The position numbers and the translations under genes were made by a program. From Limisphaerales bacterium (GTDB lineage: Bacteria; Verrucomicrobiota; Verrucomicrobiia; Limisphaerales; CAIMTB01): a stretch of DNA of 64,000 nt. The stretch lies in the NCBI GenBank assembly GCA_050250555.1, contig JBFWOK010000002.1:8053-72052 (forward strand), in the 5' to 3' direction. The notes beneath the pieces were generated by a model. That model saw nothing but the letters and a program-made list of their open reading frames with translations, did not search any database and was not told where the DNA came from. Positions 26,121 to 35,502 of the stretch are shown here, piece after piece. Position 1 is the stretch's first letter. The number at the start of each line of letters is the position of its first letter.

Positions 26121-27581
26121 TCAAAGATCCGGACTCCGTTCCCACAGCCATTCGAGACACCGAGCGGTCGCTTCGGTTTGGCGGACGTTGTGACCGATCC
26201 GCAGGCCTTCCACCCAGAAAATCTCGCCACCCTCGGTTTCGGCCAGAACCCGGCGTCGACGTACGGCGGTGGGAACGCGGGCGTTCGTGAAGAGGTCCTG
26301 AAGTTTCGAGGCGGCCGGAAGACCGATCGGCCGGAACCGATCGCCCGCCCGCCAGTGGCGCAGCCGGACTCTCGGTCCCACGGCATCGGCGTCCAGCCAT
26401 TCCACCGGCGCCCCCGGCATCGCGTCCCGGCCCCGCTCCCACTCACCGGGACTCAACTCGCGCGAACCGTCCCAGCCCTCTCCGTCCGTCCGCGCGGACA
26501 CCCGCCAAACAAGGCGGCCGCCCCCAAATCGCAGGGTACCCGCGCCCGGGACGCGGCCGCCCTCCAACACGACGTCCATCCGGTCCTCGCAAAAAAGCCC
26601 CTCGGCCGAATGCTCTTCGAGCCGTCTCAAGCGTCCCGACGGTTCGCGGACCACGCGACGCCCGGGGCCGACCTGGATGGGTCGGCCGGGCTGAGCCCTC
26701 AGCGCCTCGACGGCTTCGAAATCCAGCGCCAGCGACAGCGCCGCCAACTGCGCGCGCACCACTTCCCGCTGCAACGCGACGTCGAGATCCGAAAACCCCG
26801 GCTCCTTGTAGTCGTCGGACGCGCCCAACCGATTCAGCCAATCCCCGGCCAACCTTCGAATCAGGACCGCCTGATCGCGGAGCAGGGTCTGCTCGCGCAC
26901 GAGGACGCGCTCAATGCCCGGCTGAAACCGGGACGCCAGAAGGGGCATCAGTTCGTGGCGAACCCGGTTCCTCCAATGCGTCGGATCGCTGTTCGTCGCG
27001 TCGGTGCGGTGTTCAACGCGCCATTCGCGCGCGAGGTCCCCGACTTCGTCGCTCCCGAAGTCCAGCAGCGGGCGAACCAGGACGATCGCCGCATCGGCCG
27101 GCGACGGTCCCGTTTCCATCATGCCTCCCAATCCAGATCCACCCGCGCCGCGAAGCATCCGGAGGAGGAACAGTTCCGCCTGATCCCCGGCGTGATGCCC
27201 CAGGGCGATCCGCGTGCAGCCGTGGTCCCTCGCGACCCGCGCCAGGAAGGCGTGGCGGAGCCGGCGGGCCGCCATTTCCCACGATTCATCCGAGACACGC
27301 GCCGCCTCCACATCCGCGGTGCCGGCGACGAAGGGCAGGCCCGCCTTCGCCGCGGCCACCGCCACGAAGGCCTGGTCCGCATCCGCCTCAGCCCCCCGCA
27401 ACTGATGATGGAAATGGGCCACGACCAGCCGCCAACGCTGCTCGATCCGCCACCGCACCAGTCCTTCCAACAACACCATCGAATCCCGCCCCCCCGACAC
27501 CGCCACCACCACCCCGCACCCGGGAGGCAAACCCCCGCGGGCGATAGCCGACGCCTCGAATCCGGCCCACGGTGGCTTCAT
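26121..27581 (-). CDS. tilS: tRNA(Ile)-lysidine synthetase
   Basis: 486 aa. PP-loop VAVSGGRDSMVLL, then HFHHQLRG, LGHHAGDQAELFLLRMLRG, and a C-terminal TilS domain. Confidence 0.9.
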   Translation of the reverse strand: MKPPWAGFEASAIARGGLPPGCGVVVAVSGGRDSMVLLEGLVRWRIEQRWRLVVAHFHHQLRGAEADADQAFVAVAAAKAGLPFVAGTADVEAARVSDESWEMAARRLRHAFLARVARDHGCTRIALGHHAGDQAELFLLRMLRGAGGSGLGGMMETGPSPADAAIVLVRPLLDFGSDEVGDLAREWRVEHRTDATNSDPTHWRNRVRHELMPLLASRFQPGIERVLVREQTLLRDQAVLIRRLAGDWLNRLGASDDYKEPGFSDLDVALQREVVRAQLAALSLALDFEAVEALRAQPGRPIQVGPGRRVVREPSGRLRRLEEHSAEGLFCEDRMDVVLEGGRVPGAGTLRFGGGRLVWRVSARTDGEGWDGSRELSPGEWERGRDAMPGAPVEWLDADAVGPRVRLRHWRAGDRFRPIGLPAASKLQDLFTNARVPTAVRRRRVLAETEGGEIFWVEGLRIGHNVRQTEATARCLEWLWERSPDL

Positions 27582-27615
27582 ACTTTGGGCGCGGCCCTGA
27601 GGCGCGTGGCGTGGA

Positions 27616-29031
27616 CTACGCCGAGGGTTTCACCGCCAGCCGGGGAAGGCTCGCCGCCGCCACCGCCTGGCCGTGGCGTTTCGCCGTTTCATCCGGTGTG
27701 TGGAATTCAATCCGCTTCGCCAGCTCCGGGAATTCCAACTCCAGCACGGCCCGGGCGCCTTCGAGGATCACCGAGCCCCCCTCGCCCGTCATCACCCGTC
27801 CCAGCACGAGCACATGGTCGCAGTCGTAGAAGCCCGCGAAATGGGCGAGTCCGTATCCGAAATAGGTTCCGAGGGTCTGATAGATCCTTCGCGCCCGGTC
27901 GTCGCCCTCGGCCATGCGCTTCTGGACGAGCTTGAGTTTTTCCGGCAATCCCAGCTGGGGATCGAATTCGATTCCGGACGCCGGCAGGAGCCGACCCACC
28001 GCCTGCTGCGAGTAATACTGCGAACCGACACCCCGATCCGTGCTCCATTCGTCGATCGGTCCGTTGGGCCGATAATCCACCGGCACGAACGCCAGTTCAT
28101 TGAGCCATGACGTGATGTTCCCGTCACGCGTCACGTACCCGGCGGCCGTGCTCGTCCCCATCGCGATGCCCAGGACCGCGTTCCTTCCCAGCGCCATGGA
28201 TCCCGCCAGCGCCGTGACTTCACCGTCGTTCGCGACTTCGAAGGGCACTCCGCCCCACGCCGCCTTCAGGTCCGCGAAGATCGGCTTGATCCTCGACTCG
28301 AACAGGTCCGGCGGCACAGCCCGGTAAAGCGACGCCACGCGCGGCTGGTTGTTCACGTAGACACCGGCGGCGCTCCCCCCGATCGCATCCACCCGCGGCA
28401 AATGCGCCGCCGCCTTGCGCAGGGAATCCATGATGCCGTCGAAGTGATACCGCGGGTCCGCCTGATGGATCGGATCCCAAACCGTTTCCTCCGTGAACAC
28501 CGGCTCGCCATCCACCACCGCCGACACCTTCCGGTCGCTCCCGCCCAGATCGAATCCGATCCGGCAACCGTCCCGATGCCGGCCCAGCGCCTGGGTCGTC
28601 GCCCGTTCCTCCGGTAGTCGATCCACGGCGACCACTTCGAACTGCCGACCGTAAATCCGGTCCCCCATCATCATCGTGTCGAACTGTCCGGTCCCCGTCT
28701 CCGCGTAGTGCTTCCGCAATGCCTCGGCCAGTTCCCGCGAACCCTCCACGTGCACCCGCCACCCTCCGCGCGACCAGAGGAGAAACTTCACCAGTCGCTC
28801 CAGAAAGAACGCGTTCGCGGACGCGGCCGGATGGTCGGCCGCGAGAAAGGTCCGCCGGAAACAGAAGGTGGAACCGTCCGCCTGCTCGACCGCCACCCCC
28901 ACGTCCAAACCCCGCCCAGATGACCGCGCCGTCTTATCCAATGCACGCGCCGCCAGGGCCGCCGGTCGGAACCCCGGGTCCAGGACCGGGACAATCTTCG
29001 GCTCGGGCAACAGGAATTCGGCAACGTTCAT
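27616..29031 (-). CDS. ROK family protein (sugar kinase-like, extended N-terminal domain)
   Basis: IGFDLGGSDRKVS (ATP-binding), AIGGSAAGV, and VANDGEVTALAGS...LGIAMGTSTAAG. Start at ATG 29031 or GTG 29049. Confidence 0.75.
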   Translation of the reverse strand: MNVAEFLLPEPKIVPVLDPGFRPAALAARALDKTARSSGRGLDVGVAVEQADGSTFCFRRTFLAADHPAASANAFFLERLVKFLLWSRGGWRVHVEGSRELAEALRKHYAETGTGQFDTMMMGDRIYGRQFEVVAVDRLPEERATTQALGRHRDGCRIGFDLGGSDRKVSAVVDGEPVFTEETVWDPIHQADPRYHFDGIMDSLRKAAAHLPRVDAIGGSAAGVYVNNQPRVASLYRAVPPDLFESRIKPIFADLKAAWGGVPFEVANDGEVTALAGSMALGRNAVLGIAMGTSTAAGYVTRDGNITSWLNELAFVPVDYRPNGPIDEWSTDRGVGSQYYSQQAVGRLLPASGIEFDPQLGLPEKLKLVQKRMAEGDDRARRIYQTLGTYFGYGLAHFAGFYDCDHVLVLGRVMTGEGGSVILEGARAVLELEFPELAKRIEFHTPDETAKRHGQAVAAASLPRLAVKPSA

Positions 29032-29093
29032 GGCGCCGATTTTGACCACGGACCCGCCACGCGTCGAGCGTCCCCCGCCGCGCCACGGTTTCG

Positions 29094-30596
29094 TCAGAAA
29101 TCGAACTCAAACCGGGTTTGGAACTGGCGGATGTTCCCCTCCGGATTGCGCCCCGCCACGTGTCCGAAGCCGTGTTCAAACCTCCATTTCATGTGGCTGT
29201 GCAGATACCAGTTCACGGCCACGGTCCCCATCGTGAGGCGCCCGCCCGTGACCCCCTGGCTGTTGAGATCGACGTGGGAGAATCGAGCGGCGATTTCCCA
29301 CGCTCCCCACCCACCCCCCCGAAGATCGAAGTTCCTGTTGGGAATCACCCGCGAGAAGGAACCGCGGACCCGGTCGTAGGGCCGACTCTCCCCTGTGAGG
29401 AACCAACCCGCCGAGGTGTAGTAGCCGTGAAAACCCACGTCGGGCGCCTCCCCGTTCCGCACCGCGACGCGCAGGTATTCGCCTTGGAGCGTGAGCGGCC
29501 CCTCAATCCATGCGGCTTCCGCCCCGAACACAAAAGCCCCGCTGGCGGAGACGTCACCGGTGTCGATGACGAGCGGCGCCTGATGACTCTCGGGCCGGCT
29601 TCGATAACGCACGGAATCGCTGCCCGCATAGACCAGGTAGCCGCTCAATCCCAGATGCAGAAAACGCCCAGCCTCCGGGTGGAGAGGATCAGGGTCGTCC
29701 ATCAAAAGCCCGGTGATCCGCCCGACCGCCCGACCGAGGTCCTCCGTGGCGTCCCCGAAATCGTCGCCAACGCCTTCCGTGAACAACCCGAACGCCCATG
29801 TCATCCTGCGGTCCAGGATCGGTTGCCCGATCTGAAAGCCGGCTTCGACGCCTGGCGCCAGGGCTTGAACCGCAGCGGCGGCTTCCATGAACAGCGTGTC
29901 CCGGCTGCTCCCGGCGTTCTCCATGCTCATCGGCGTCCGGAACTGTCCCGCCTTCAGGCTGCCGACCCCACCCAGGTTCTTGAACTGAAGATAGCTGTTC
30001 TCGATATAGAACTGCCCTGGAATGTATCCGGCTTCGATCTGGTAGCTGACCGGCAGCACCAGAAGGCAGTCGCCTTTGGCGATCAAGCGGGCCCTTCTCA
30101 ATTCCACGCCGTCGTCGAATCCTGGGATATCGTCATCGGACCGGTAGGCGGCGCCATCGACGGCCATCTTGACGCCCACGTCGGCCGTCAGTCGGGTCTC
30201 TTCCAGGTGAACCCGCGAGAACGTGTTCGACATCCGGGTCTCGACCCAGCCATGACCCATCAGCTTCTCACTCACATCTCCCGAGAACGTGGCGAGATTG
30301 GTCACACCGGGGATCCACCGGCCCAAAAGGCTCCTTCGAGTCACCTCCAGGTGAAGGCCCTTCCAGCCATTCCACGACGCGCGGAATCCAATGGCCGGGA
30401 GAGGCGCGGATCCCGCAGCGGGCGGGGAATTCGTTTCCGCATGCGTCGGAAGCGGGTTTGCCGCGTTGTCGCTCGCGACGCTCCTGGATTCGCCCCCCCC
30501 TTCGTCCGCCGAACCCGCCGCCGAAGCCAACGGTTCCCCAGGGCAATCGAGGAGCGCCGCGAATATCAGGATCATTGAGACGGCGGACCTCCACAT
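29094..30596 (-). CDS. Phosphate-selective porin O/P family outer-membrane protein
   Basis: Start at ATG 30596 with a signal peptide (MWRSAVSMILIFAALLDCPG). Alternating beta-strand pattern, and the C-terminal AVNWYLHSHMKWRFEHGFGHV...QTRFEFDF ends in an aromatic residue as in OprO/OprP-type porins. Confidence 0.7.
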   Translation of the reverse strand: MWRSAVSMILIFAALLDCPGEPLASAAGSADEGGGESRSVASDNAANPLPTHAETNSPPAAGSAPLPAIGFRASWNGWKGLHLEVTRRSLLGRWIPGVTNLATFSGDVSEKLMGHGWVETRMSNTFSRVHLEETRLTADVGVKMAVDGAAYRSDDDIPGFDDGVELRRARLIAKGDCLLVLPVSYQIEAGYIPGQFYIENSYLQFKNLGGVGSLKAGQFRTPMSMENAGSSRDTLFMEAAAAVQALAPGVEAGFQIGQPILDRRMTWAFGLFTEGVGDDFGDATEDLGRAVGRITGLLMDDPDPLHPEAGRFLHLGLSGYLVYAGSDSVRYRSRPESHQAPLVIDTGDVSASGAFVFGAEAAWIEGPLTLQGEYLRVAVRNGEAPDVGFHGYYTSAGWFLTGESRPYDRVRGSFSRVIPNRNFDLRGGGWGAWEIAARFSHVDLNSQGVTGGRLTMGTVAVNWYLHSHMKWRFEHGFGHVAGRNPEGNIRQFQTRFEFDF

Positions 30597-30722
30597 CCCC
30601 TGGGCCTCTTTTGACCACTGTGCCACCGACCACGCGAGACCCCGGCGCCGCCCACACGAGCCCGCCCTCGAACCCGGCATCGATGCCGTCGGCTTCAAAC
30701 ACCACCTTGCCGCCGTGCGGAC

Positions 30723-31430
30723 TCAGTTCCCGGTACGGCGATACCCGCCGTGGTCGACGGTGACCTTGAGATTCTTGGCCTTGGCTTCGAGCACCACCGC
30801 ATCCGGATAGCTTGTCCCGTCGTTCAACTGGCCCATCCGAACATTCAGATTCACCGCGTCGGCGGCGTCGTCCAGGTGGGAGGAGACCTTCAACGCCAGG
30901 GCGCGGTTGTTGGCGAGATCCACTTCGACGCCGAGAACGTCACCGGTCTTCTGGTAATCACGGAAATTCAGACGGATCCGTTTCCCGGGTTCGACAATGT
31001 CGAGGCTCACCTTTCCGGCATCCTTGGCCGCCTGGAGGCGAGCCGGGTCCGGCGGGACATAGGCCTTCACAAGAGCCACAGCCGCCTTCATGTAGTCGGT
31101 CAGTTCCTCGGTCTTGCGTTCCGCGATCCGGCCCCGCAATCCCCGCCTCTTCTCGGGTTCGGGCGTGGAACTCACGTCAACCTTCTGGATCCCTCCGTCG
31201 GCGCCATAGTAGCAGCGCTGTTGCCGTCGGGATTTCTCCTCTCCCTTGAGCTCGATGGTGGTCGTTTCGATCCACTCGTACTGACGGAGAACGGCCTGGC
31301 TCGCAGCCACCGTGGCTTTGAGCGCGGCGACTCGTTCCGGAACGGATGGTTGCTGGGCGAACACGGAAACACCACCCGCCAGGACTAGGAACGCGGAAAA
31401 CTGAATTAGAACTCTGAAGTCAATCTTCAT
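30723..31430 (-). CDS. Hypothetical exported protein
   Basis: Start at ATG 31430 with a signal peptide (MKIDFRVLIQFSAFLVLAGGVSVFAQQ). Normal amino-acid composition. No domain recognised. Confidence 0.6.
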   Translation of the reverse strand: MKIDFRVLIQFSAFLVLAGGVSVFAQQPSVPERVAALKATVAASQAVLRQYEWIETTTIELKGEEKSRRQQRCYYGADGGIQKVDVSSTPEPEKRRGLRGRIAERKTEELTDYMKAAVALVKAYVPPDPARLQAAKDAGKVSLDIVEPGKRIRLNFRDYQKTGDVLGVEVDLANNRALALKVSSHLDDAADAVNLNVRMGQLNDGTSYPDAVVLEAKAKNLKVTVDHGGYRRTGN

Positions 31431-31680
31431 GGCATGATCTGGTTCTTCAATACGCCCCGGGGGTTCCGATTCCGGAAGCCTCGTGTCGAAGGCGGTCCAC
31501 CGGGTCGCGGCATTCAAGTCTCCAGCAAGCGGGCGCGATGAAAAGCGCGGATTTGTGAATCCTACGGAAGTCGGATCCGGATTCGACGGATACCCCTCGC
31601 CGGCGCGCGCCGAAATCGGAGGTTCTCCAGCGTCACCAGGGAAGTCGGCCGTTCCTTGGGTCCTGTCTTCCGACAGGTTC

Positions 31681-33711
31681 TTAGTCCACCGGCCAAAACC
31701 GCCGTCGTTCCTCGTCCGTCAAACCTCGACCCACCCGCCTCTTGGCCGCGGCGAGAAGCTCGTCGATCGAACCGCACGGCTCGCATAGGTATCCGCTCGC
31801 CGGGGCGAAGAGTCTGCCGACCAAAACCCGCCGCCCGTCTGGGCTGAAAGCCAGCGTTCGAATCTCCCCTTCGCTCCCGGATAGCCCCGCCAATCGGCTT
31901 CCGGTCGCCGTCACCCAAAGTTCCGCCGATGCCGAACCCAAGCTGGCCGTGAGAACGCAGCTTCCATTCGGACTGAATTCGAAGAGTCCCGGCGACTTGT
32001 CGCCTCCTTCAACAGTGATGCGCGCCACTTCACCTCCGTCCGACGCACTCCAGACAACCAGGGTCTGGTCCGCATACCGGGTCACCAGCCACCTGCCGTC
32101 CGGACTGTAGCGTGCTTCCCGCGCGTGCGGACTCCCCGTCGTCCTGACCAGGGTCCGCTCGCACTCGCCCGTGCCCGCCCGCCAGACGCGCGCTCCGGAA
32201 TCACCGTCCGCGGTGACGAGCCGGTTCCCGTCCGGACTGTACTGAACGCTTCGGACCTCGCCGGATGAACCCTTCAACTCGAGCCGGATGTCGCCCGTGC
32301 CCGAGTCGAGGACCACCACTCCGCGGCGCCCGCAGACCGCGACCTGCCCACCCGCGGGATGAAAGGAAACCGCTGGATTCCCGAAGGTCGCCACGGCATC
32401 GGAAAGGGGCACCGTGGCAAGCGTCGCGTTCCGCGCCACATCCCACAGCAGTGCATCCTGACCCGCTGCAAGGCTGACCACACGCGAGTCATCCGGACCC
32501 GGAACCACCGAGGTCGCCCCGGAATGCGAGACACGCCATTCCTCCCGCCCCGTCTCCGCGTTCCATAGCCGGATCGAACCGTCGCCGCCCACCGTCGCGA
32601 TGCGACGCCCATCCCGACTGTGGCGCGCGTCGAGGATGTCTCCGCTGTGACCGGCCAGTTCCAGCTTCGGAGTTCCCGAGACCGCGTCGACAACCCGCGC
32701 CGTCTCACCACCCCAAAGGACAAGCCTCGTCCCGTCCGGGCTGAACCGCGCGTAGCCCTCGCGATCGCGGGGCCCTTTCAGGACCAGGTCGGCCTCGATG
32801 TCGCCGGCCAGGGCCTCGCGAAGCGCGCTCTCGGATTCGGAATTGGAATCGAGTCGCAGCGCCTCGGATGCCAGCAGGATTCGCAACTCGCGATTCGCCG
32901 CCGGCAGATTCATCGAGGCTTGAGCCATCCGACGGGACCCTTCCCTCCTCTTCGCCCCGTCCGCCGCGGCCTCACCTTGCGCCACCAGGTTTCCGGCGAT
33001 CCGCAAAGCCCGTCCCCCCCGCACGGCGGCGACCACGGAAATCACCGCCACCCCCGCCAGGGCGACCCCGGCCCACCCGAAGAGACGAATCCTTCGCCGG
33101 TGCTCCCGGACGTCCTCCCCGATCACCTCGTCCAACGACAGCCCCCGCAGGGTCGCCGCGAGACGCGCCACGGCGTCGGCGAATGCCGGATTCCGCAGGG
33201 TCAGGACCCGCGCGTCGCGAGCCCACCGGAGGTCGAGAAACAAGGGCTCCTGGGCATACGCCCGGGAAAGCACCGTCGGAAGGGCCGTCGTTCGGTTCCA
33301 TTCAAAATCCCGAGCCGCGGCGTCCCAGGCGATTTCGCCATCCGTCAGCACGATGAGCAGGCGATCGGCGGATCGTTGCGTCAGCCACCACGCAACCTCC
33401 TGTTCCACCCATTTCGATGCCGCGGATCCCGGCGACGCGAGCAGGACGAAGAATTTCGAATCGGCCAGCGACGCGACGATCGCCCCCCACAGCGCTGGCG
33501 TCACACCCAGACCGGTCGCATCCCTACAAACCCGCATGCCGCGAAACCGGTGCCACGGCCGCGCGAAACCCTGCAAACCCTTCTGCAAGGCAGGCGCGAG
33601 CCGACCATCGGCCGCGGTGCTGTACGACAGAAATGCCGTGTACCGCGGGGAGGGCTTTCCCCCCTTCCCCAACGCCCCCTCGTCGACCCCTTCGTTCGCC
33701 CTCGTGTTCAC
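31681..33711 (-). CDS. TIR domain - transmembrane helix - WD40 beta-propeller protein
   Basis: GTG start at 33711 overlaps the upstream TGA (GTGA). TIR motifs: YTAFLSYSTAADGRLAPALQKGL, FFVLLASPGSAASKWVEQEVAWW (conserved Glu context) and LLIVLTDGEIAW. TM helix LFGWAGVALAGVAVISVVAAV. At least six WD40-like blades (FSPDGTRL, HSRDGRRIATVGGDGSIRLWN, YSPDGNRLVTADGDSGARVW, YSPDGRWLVT, FSPNGSCV, FSPDGRRV). Confidence 0.85.
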   Translation of the reverse strand: MNTRANEGVDEGALGKGGKPSPRYTAFLSYSTAADGRLAPALQKGLQGFARPWHRFRGMRVCRDATGLGVTPALWGAIVASLADSKFFVLLASPGSAASKWVEQEVAWWLTQRSADRLLIVLTDGEIAWDAAARDFEWNRTTALPTVLSRAYAQEPLFLDLRWARDARVLTLRNPAFADAVARLAATLRGLSLDEVIGEDVREHRRRIRLFGWAGVALAGVAVISVVAAVRGGRALRIAGNLVAQGEAAADGAKRREGSRRMAQASMNLPAANRELRILLASEALRLDSNSESESALREALAGDIEADLVLKGPRDREGYARFSPDGTRLVLWGGETARVVDAVSGTPKLELAGHSGDILDARHSRDGRRIATVGGDGSIRLWNAETGREEWRVSHSGATSVVPGPDDSRVVSLAAGQDALLWDVARNATLATVPLSDAVATFGNPAVSFHPAGGQVAVCGRRGVVVLDSGTGDIRLELKGSSGEVRSVQYSPDGNRLVTADGDSGARVWRAGTGECERTLVRTTGSPHAREARYSPDGRWLVTRYADQTLVVWSASDGGEVARITVEGGDKSPGLFEFSPNGSCVLTASLGSASAELWVTATGSRLAGLSGSEGEIRTLAFSPDGRRVLVGRLFAPASGYLCEPCGSIDELLAAAKRRVGRGLTDEERRRFWPVD

Positions 33712-35195
33712 GGCGCGGACCTCGCCTCGCCCGCCGGTTCGTCCTTCCGGCTTCCCCCGCTTTCCGGGTGATTCGCCCGAGTCTCCGTTCGCAATCGGGC
33801 GCCCGGCAGATCCGATAGATCCAGTCGGTACAGAACCTGGTTGTAATCGTGCCTCGCCGTCGGAAAGGCGTGATCGGCGAACGTCATCGAGAAGGTCCCC
33901 TCGAAGTAGACGGAAGACGAACCTGCCTCCCCGAACTCCGGATGAAGGCGCGGATTGTAGAACGTGTAGTTCTCGTGGCTCAGGATCTTGACCGCGCCCG
34001 ACCACGGTCCCAGGGGCGAATCCGCCTCGGCATACCACACCTCACCGAAAGCCGAAGGCTTGCCGAATGACTCCACGAAGACCGTGATCCAGCGCTTTCG
34101 GAAGGCGTTCCAGGCGATCGAACCGCTGTGCGGCTTGACCCGGCCTTCCCCCACGGCGAATGGAATCGCTTCCTGGGGCTTCAAGGTCTCCCAGTTCACG
34201 GAATCGCTCCACGCTTCGAACGTCGCCCGACAACGCAACGTGGGGAGCGGATTCCCGAAAAGGATCCATTCGATTCCCGCGTCGTCCCGCCAGGACACGG
34301 CATGCCCGTCCGGACATGGCACCGGCTTCGGTGTTCCCTCGGACTTCCTCCACACCTGCCGCCACGGATCGAACCGCCGTGCCTCCTCGTTCCAGACACA
34401 CAACCCCCACTCGTAGGCCTCCAACGGCGGCGTGATCTTCATGTACGAAGCCCCCAGTCGGCTTCCTCCGTTCGTCGAAGGCAAACTCACCAGTCCGGTC
34501 AGCCACGTGGGCCCGCTCCCCGCCATCTTCGCCACACCCCGCGGAACACCAGCGTCACCTTCGAAATAGTCGAATCGAATCTTCAAGGGCGCCTCCAACG
34601 ACCGCCCCACAGGCAACAAGGTCGTCGCCGCGGACGCGTCGAAAATACCCAGCGGATACCCCGCCAGCGTCGTGTCCCCCCAGACCCAGAAGAGCCGCCC
34701 CCCATGCACCGCATTCTGGACACTGTCGCAGCCGAAAACTCCCTGCTCCCCCCATTCCAATTCCTCCCCCAGTTTCTGGCTCTCCGCGAAAATCCCCGCT
34801 CCCGTCAACCGCCCGATCCGCCGCGCCAGCGAACTCCGCTCCACCTCCACTCGGATCCGGCCTCCAGGCTGCGGTCTCAGACGAACACCCCGGTATCCAA
34901 AACCGTCCTTGGGAACCCCATACCCGTGCCCCACCACTCCAAACCACGTCTCGCGCCCCATCAGTTCCGGTGCGTCGAGCGCGATGACCCCGGCATTGTC
35001 GCTGACCCAGCGCGCGTGATGCGTCGTCCGCAGTTCCACCAATGGCACCGGCGCGCCCGATCCCTTTTCGACCACCTCGATCCGGCACGGACGTAACACT
35101 TCGCCGCCAATGCACGTCAAACCCGCCGTGGCGACCCACAACATCCCGCCAACCCACCGACGCAGTCGGATTCCGGAAGTCGGATGGAATTGCAT
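33708..35195 (-). CDS. Hypothetical exported protein (possible DUF4185-like / beta-propeller glycosidase-like fold)
   Basis: Start at ATG 35195 with a signal-like N-terminus (MQFHPTSGIRLRRWVGGMLWVATAGLTCIGG). GRLFWVWGDTTL and VWYAEADSPLGPWSG resemble propeller glycosidase/DUF4185 patterns, but only weakly. The stop overlaps the TIR gene start. Confidence 0.65.
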   Translation of the reverse strand: MQFHPTSGIRLRRWVGGMLWVATAGLTCIGGEVLRPCRIEVVEKGSGAPVPLVELRTTHHARWVSDNAGVIALDAPELMGRETWFGVVGHGYGVPKDGFGYRGVRLRPQPGGRIRVEVERSSLARRIGRLTGAGIFAESQKLGEELEWGEQGVFGCDSVQNAVHGGRLFWVWGDTTLAGYPLGIFDASAATTLLPVGRSLEAPLKIRFDYFEGDAGVPRGVAKMAGSGPTWLTGLVSLPSTNGGSRLGASYMKITPPLEAYEWGLCVWNEEARRFDPWRQVWRKSEGTPKPVPCPDGHAVSWRDDAGIEWILFGNPLPTLRCRATFEAWSDSVNWETLKPQEAIPFAVGEGRVKPHSGSIAWNAFRKRWITVFVESFGKPSAFGEVWYAEADSPLGPWSGAVKILSHENYTFYNPRLHPEFGEAGSSSVYFEGTFSMTFADHAFPTARHDYNQVLYRLDLSDLPGARLRTETRANHPESGGSRKDEPAGEARSAP

Positions 35196-35250
35196 GCCTT
35201 GTTTCTCCTCCTCCCCACCCGAATGGGAAACGGCAAACTTTGATCCCCTC

Positions 35251-35446
35251 GCGGACGGAACAACCACGGAACCAGACCGAGCACACTGAAAGAGAAAATG
35301 GACGACCAGAGACCCGTCCCTCAGTTGGACTCTTCGCCATCAGGCCGCTGGCGGACCAAGCGGCCCCGAGAAACCACCAGGCCCCACAGGCGACCCACGC
35401 CCTTCCCCTTTCCGTGTTTTCCGGGTGTTCCGTGGTTGTCCTCCGC
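35251..35446. repeat. CACGGAG-family long imperfect palindrome (~196 bp)
   Basis: The left arm gcggacggaacaaccacggaaccagaccgagcacac (35251-35286) pairs with the right arm ccgtgttttccgggtgttccgtggttgtcctccgc (35412-35446). The element is intergenic, between divergent genes. Confidence 0.6.
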
Positions 35447-35502
35447 CAAGGCGGCAAAGCGACGGCTCGACAGGGACCGAACCCCACCGCACAACGAAAG
35501 GC

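Noticed and set aside
26178-30578. ORFs 26178..27935 + and 29118..30578 +, and several 100-200-aa ORFs in the same region
   Set aside because: They are antisense to tilS, the ROK gene and the porin gene, and their composition is not protein-like.
31681-33711. Canonical Thoeris system
   Set aside because: No ThsA-type (SIR2/Macro-SLOG or TM) partner is adjacent, and the TIR is fused to a TM helix and WD40 repeats rather than being a stand-alone ThsB. I report it as a separate TIR observation instead.
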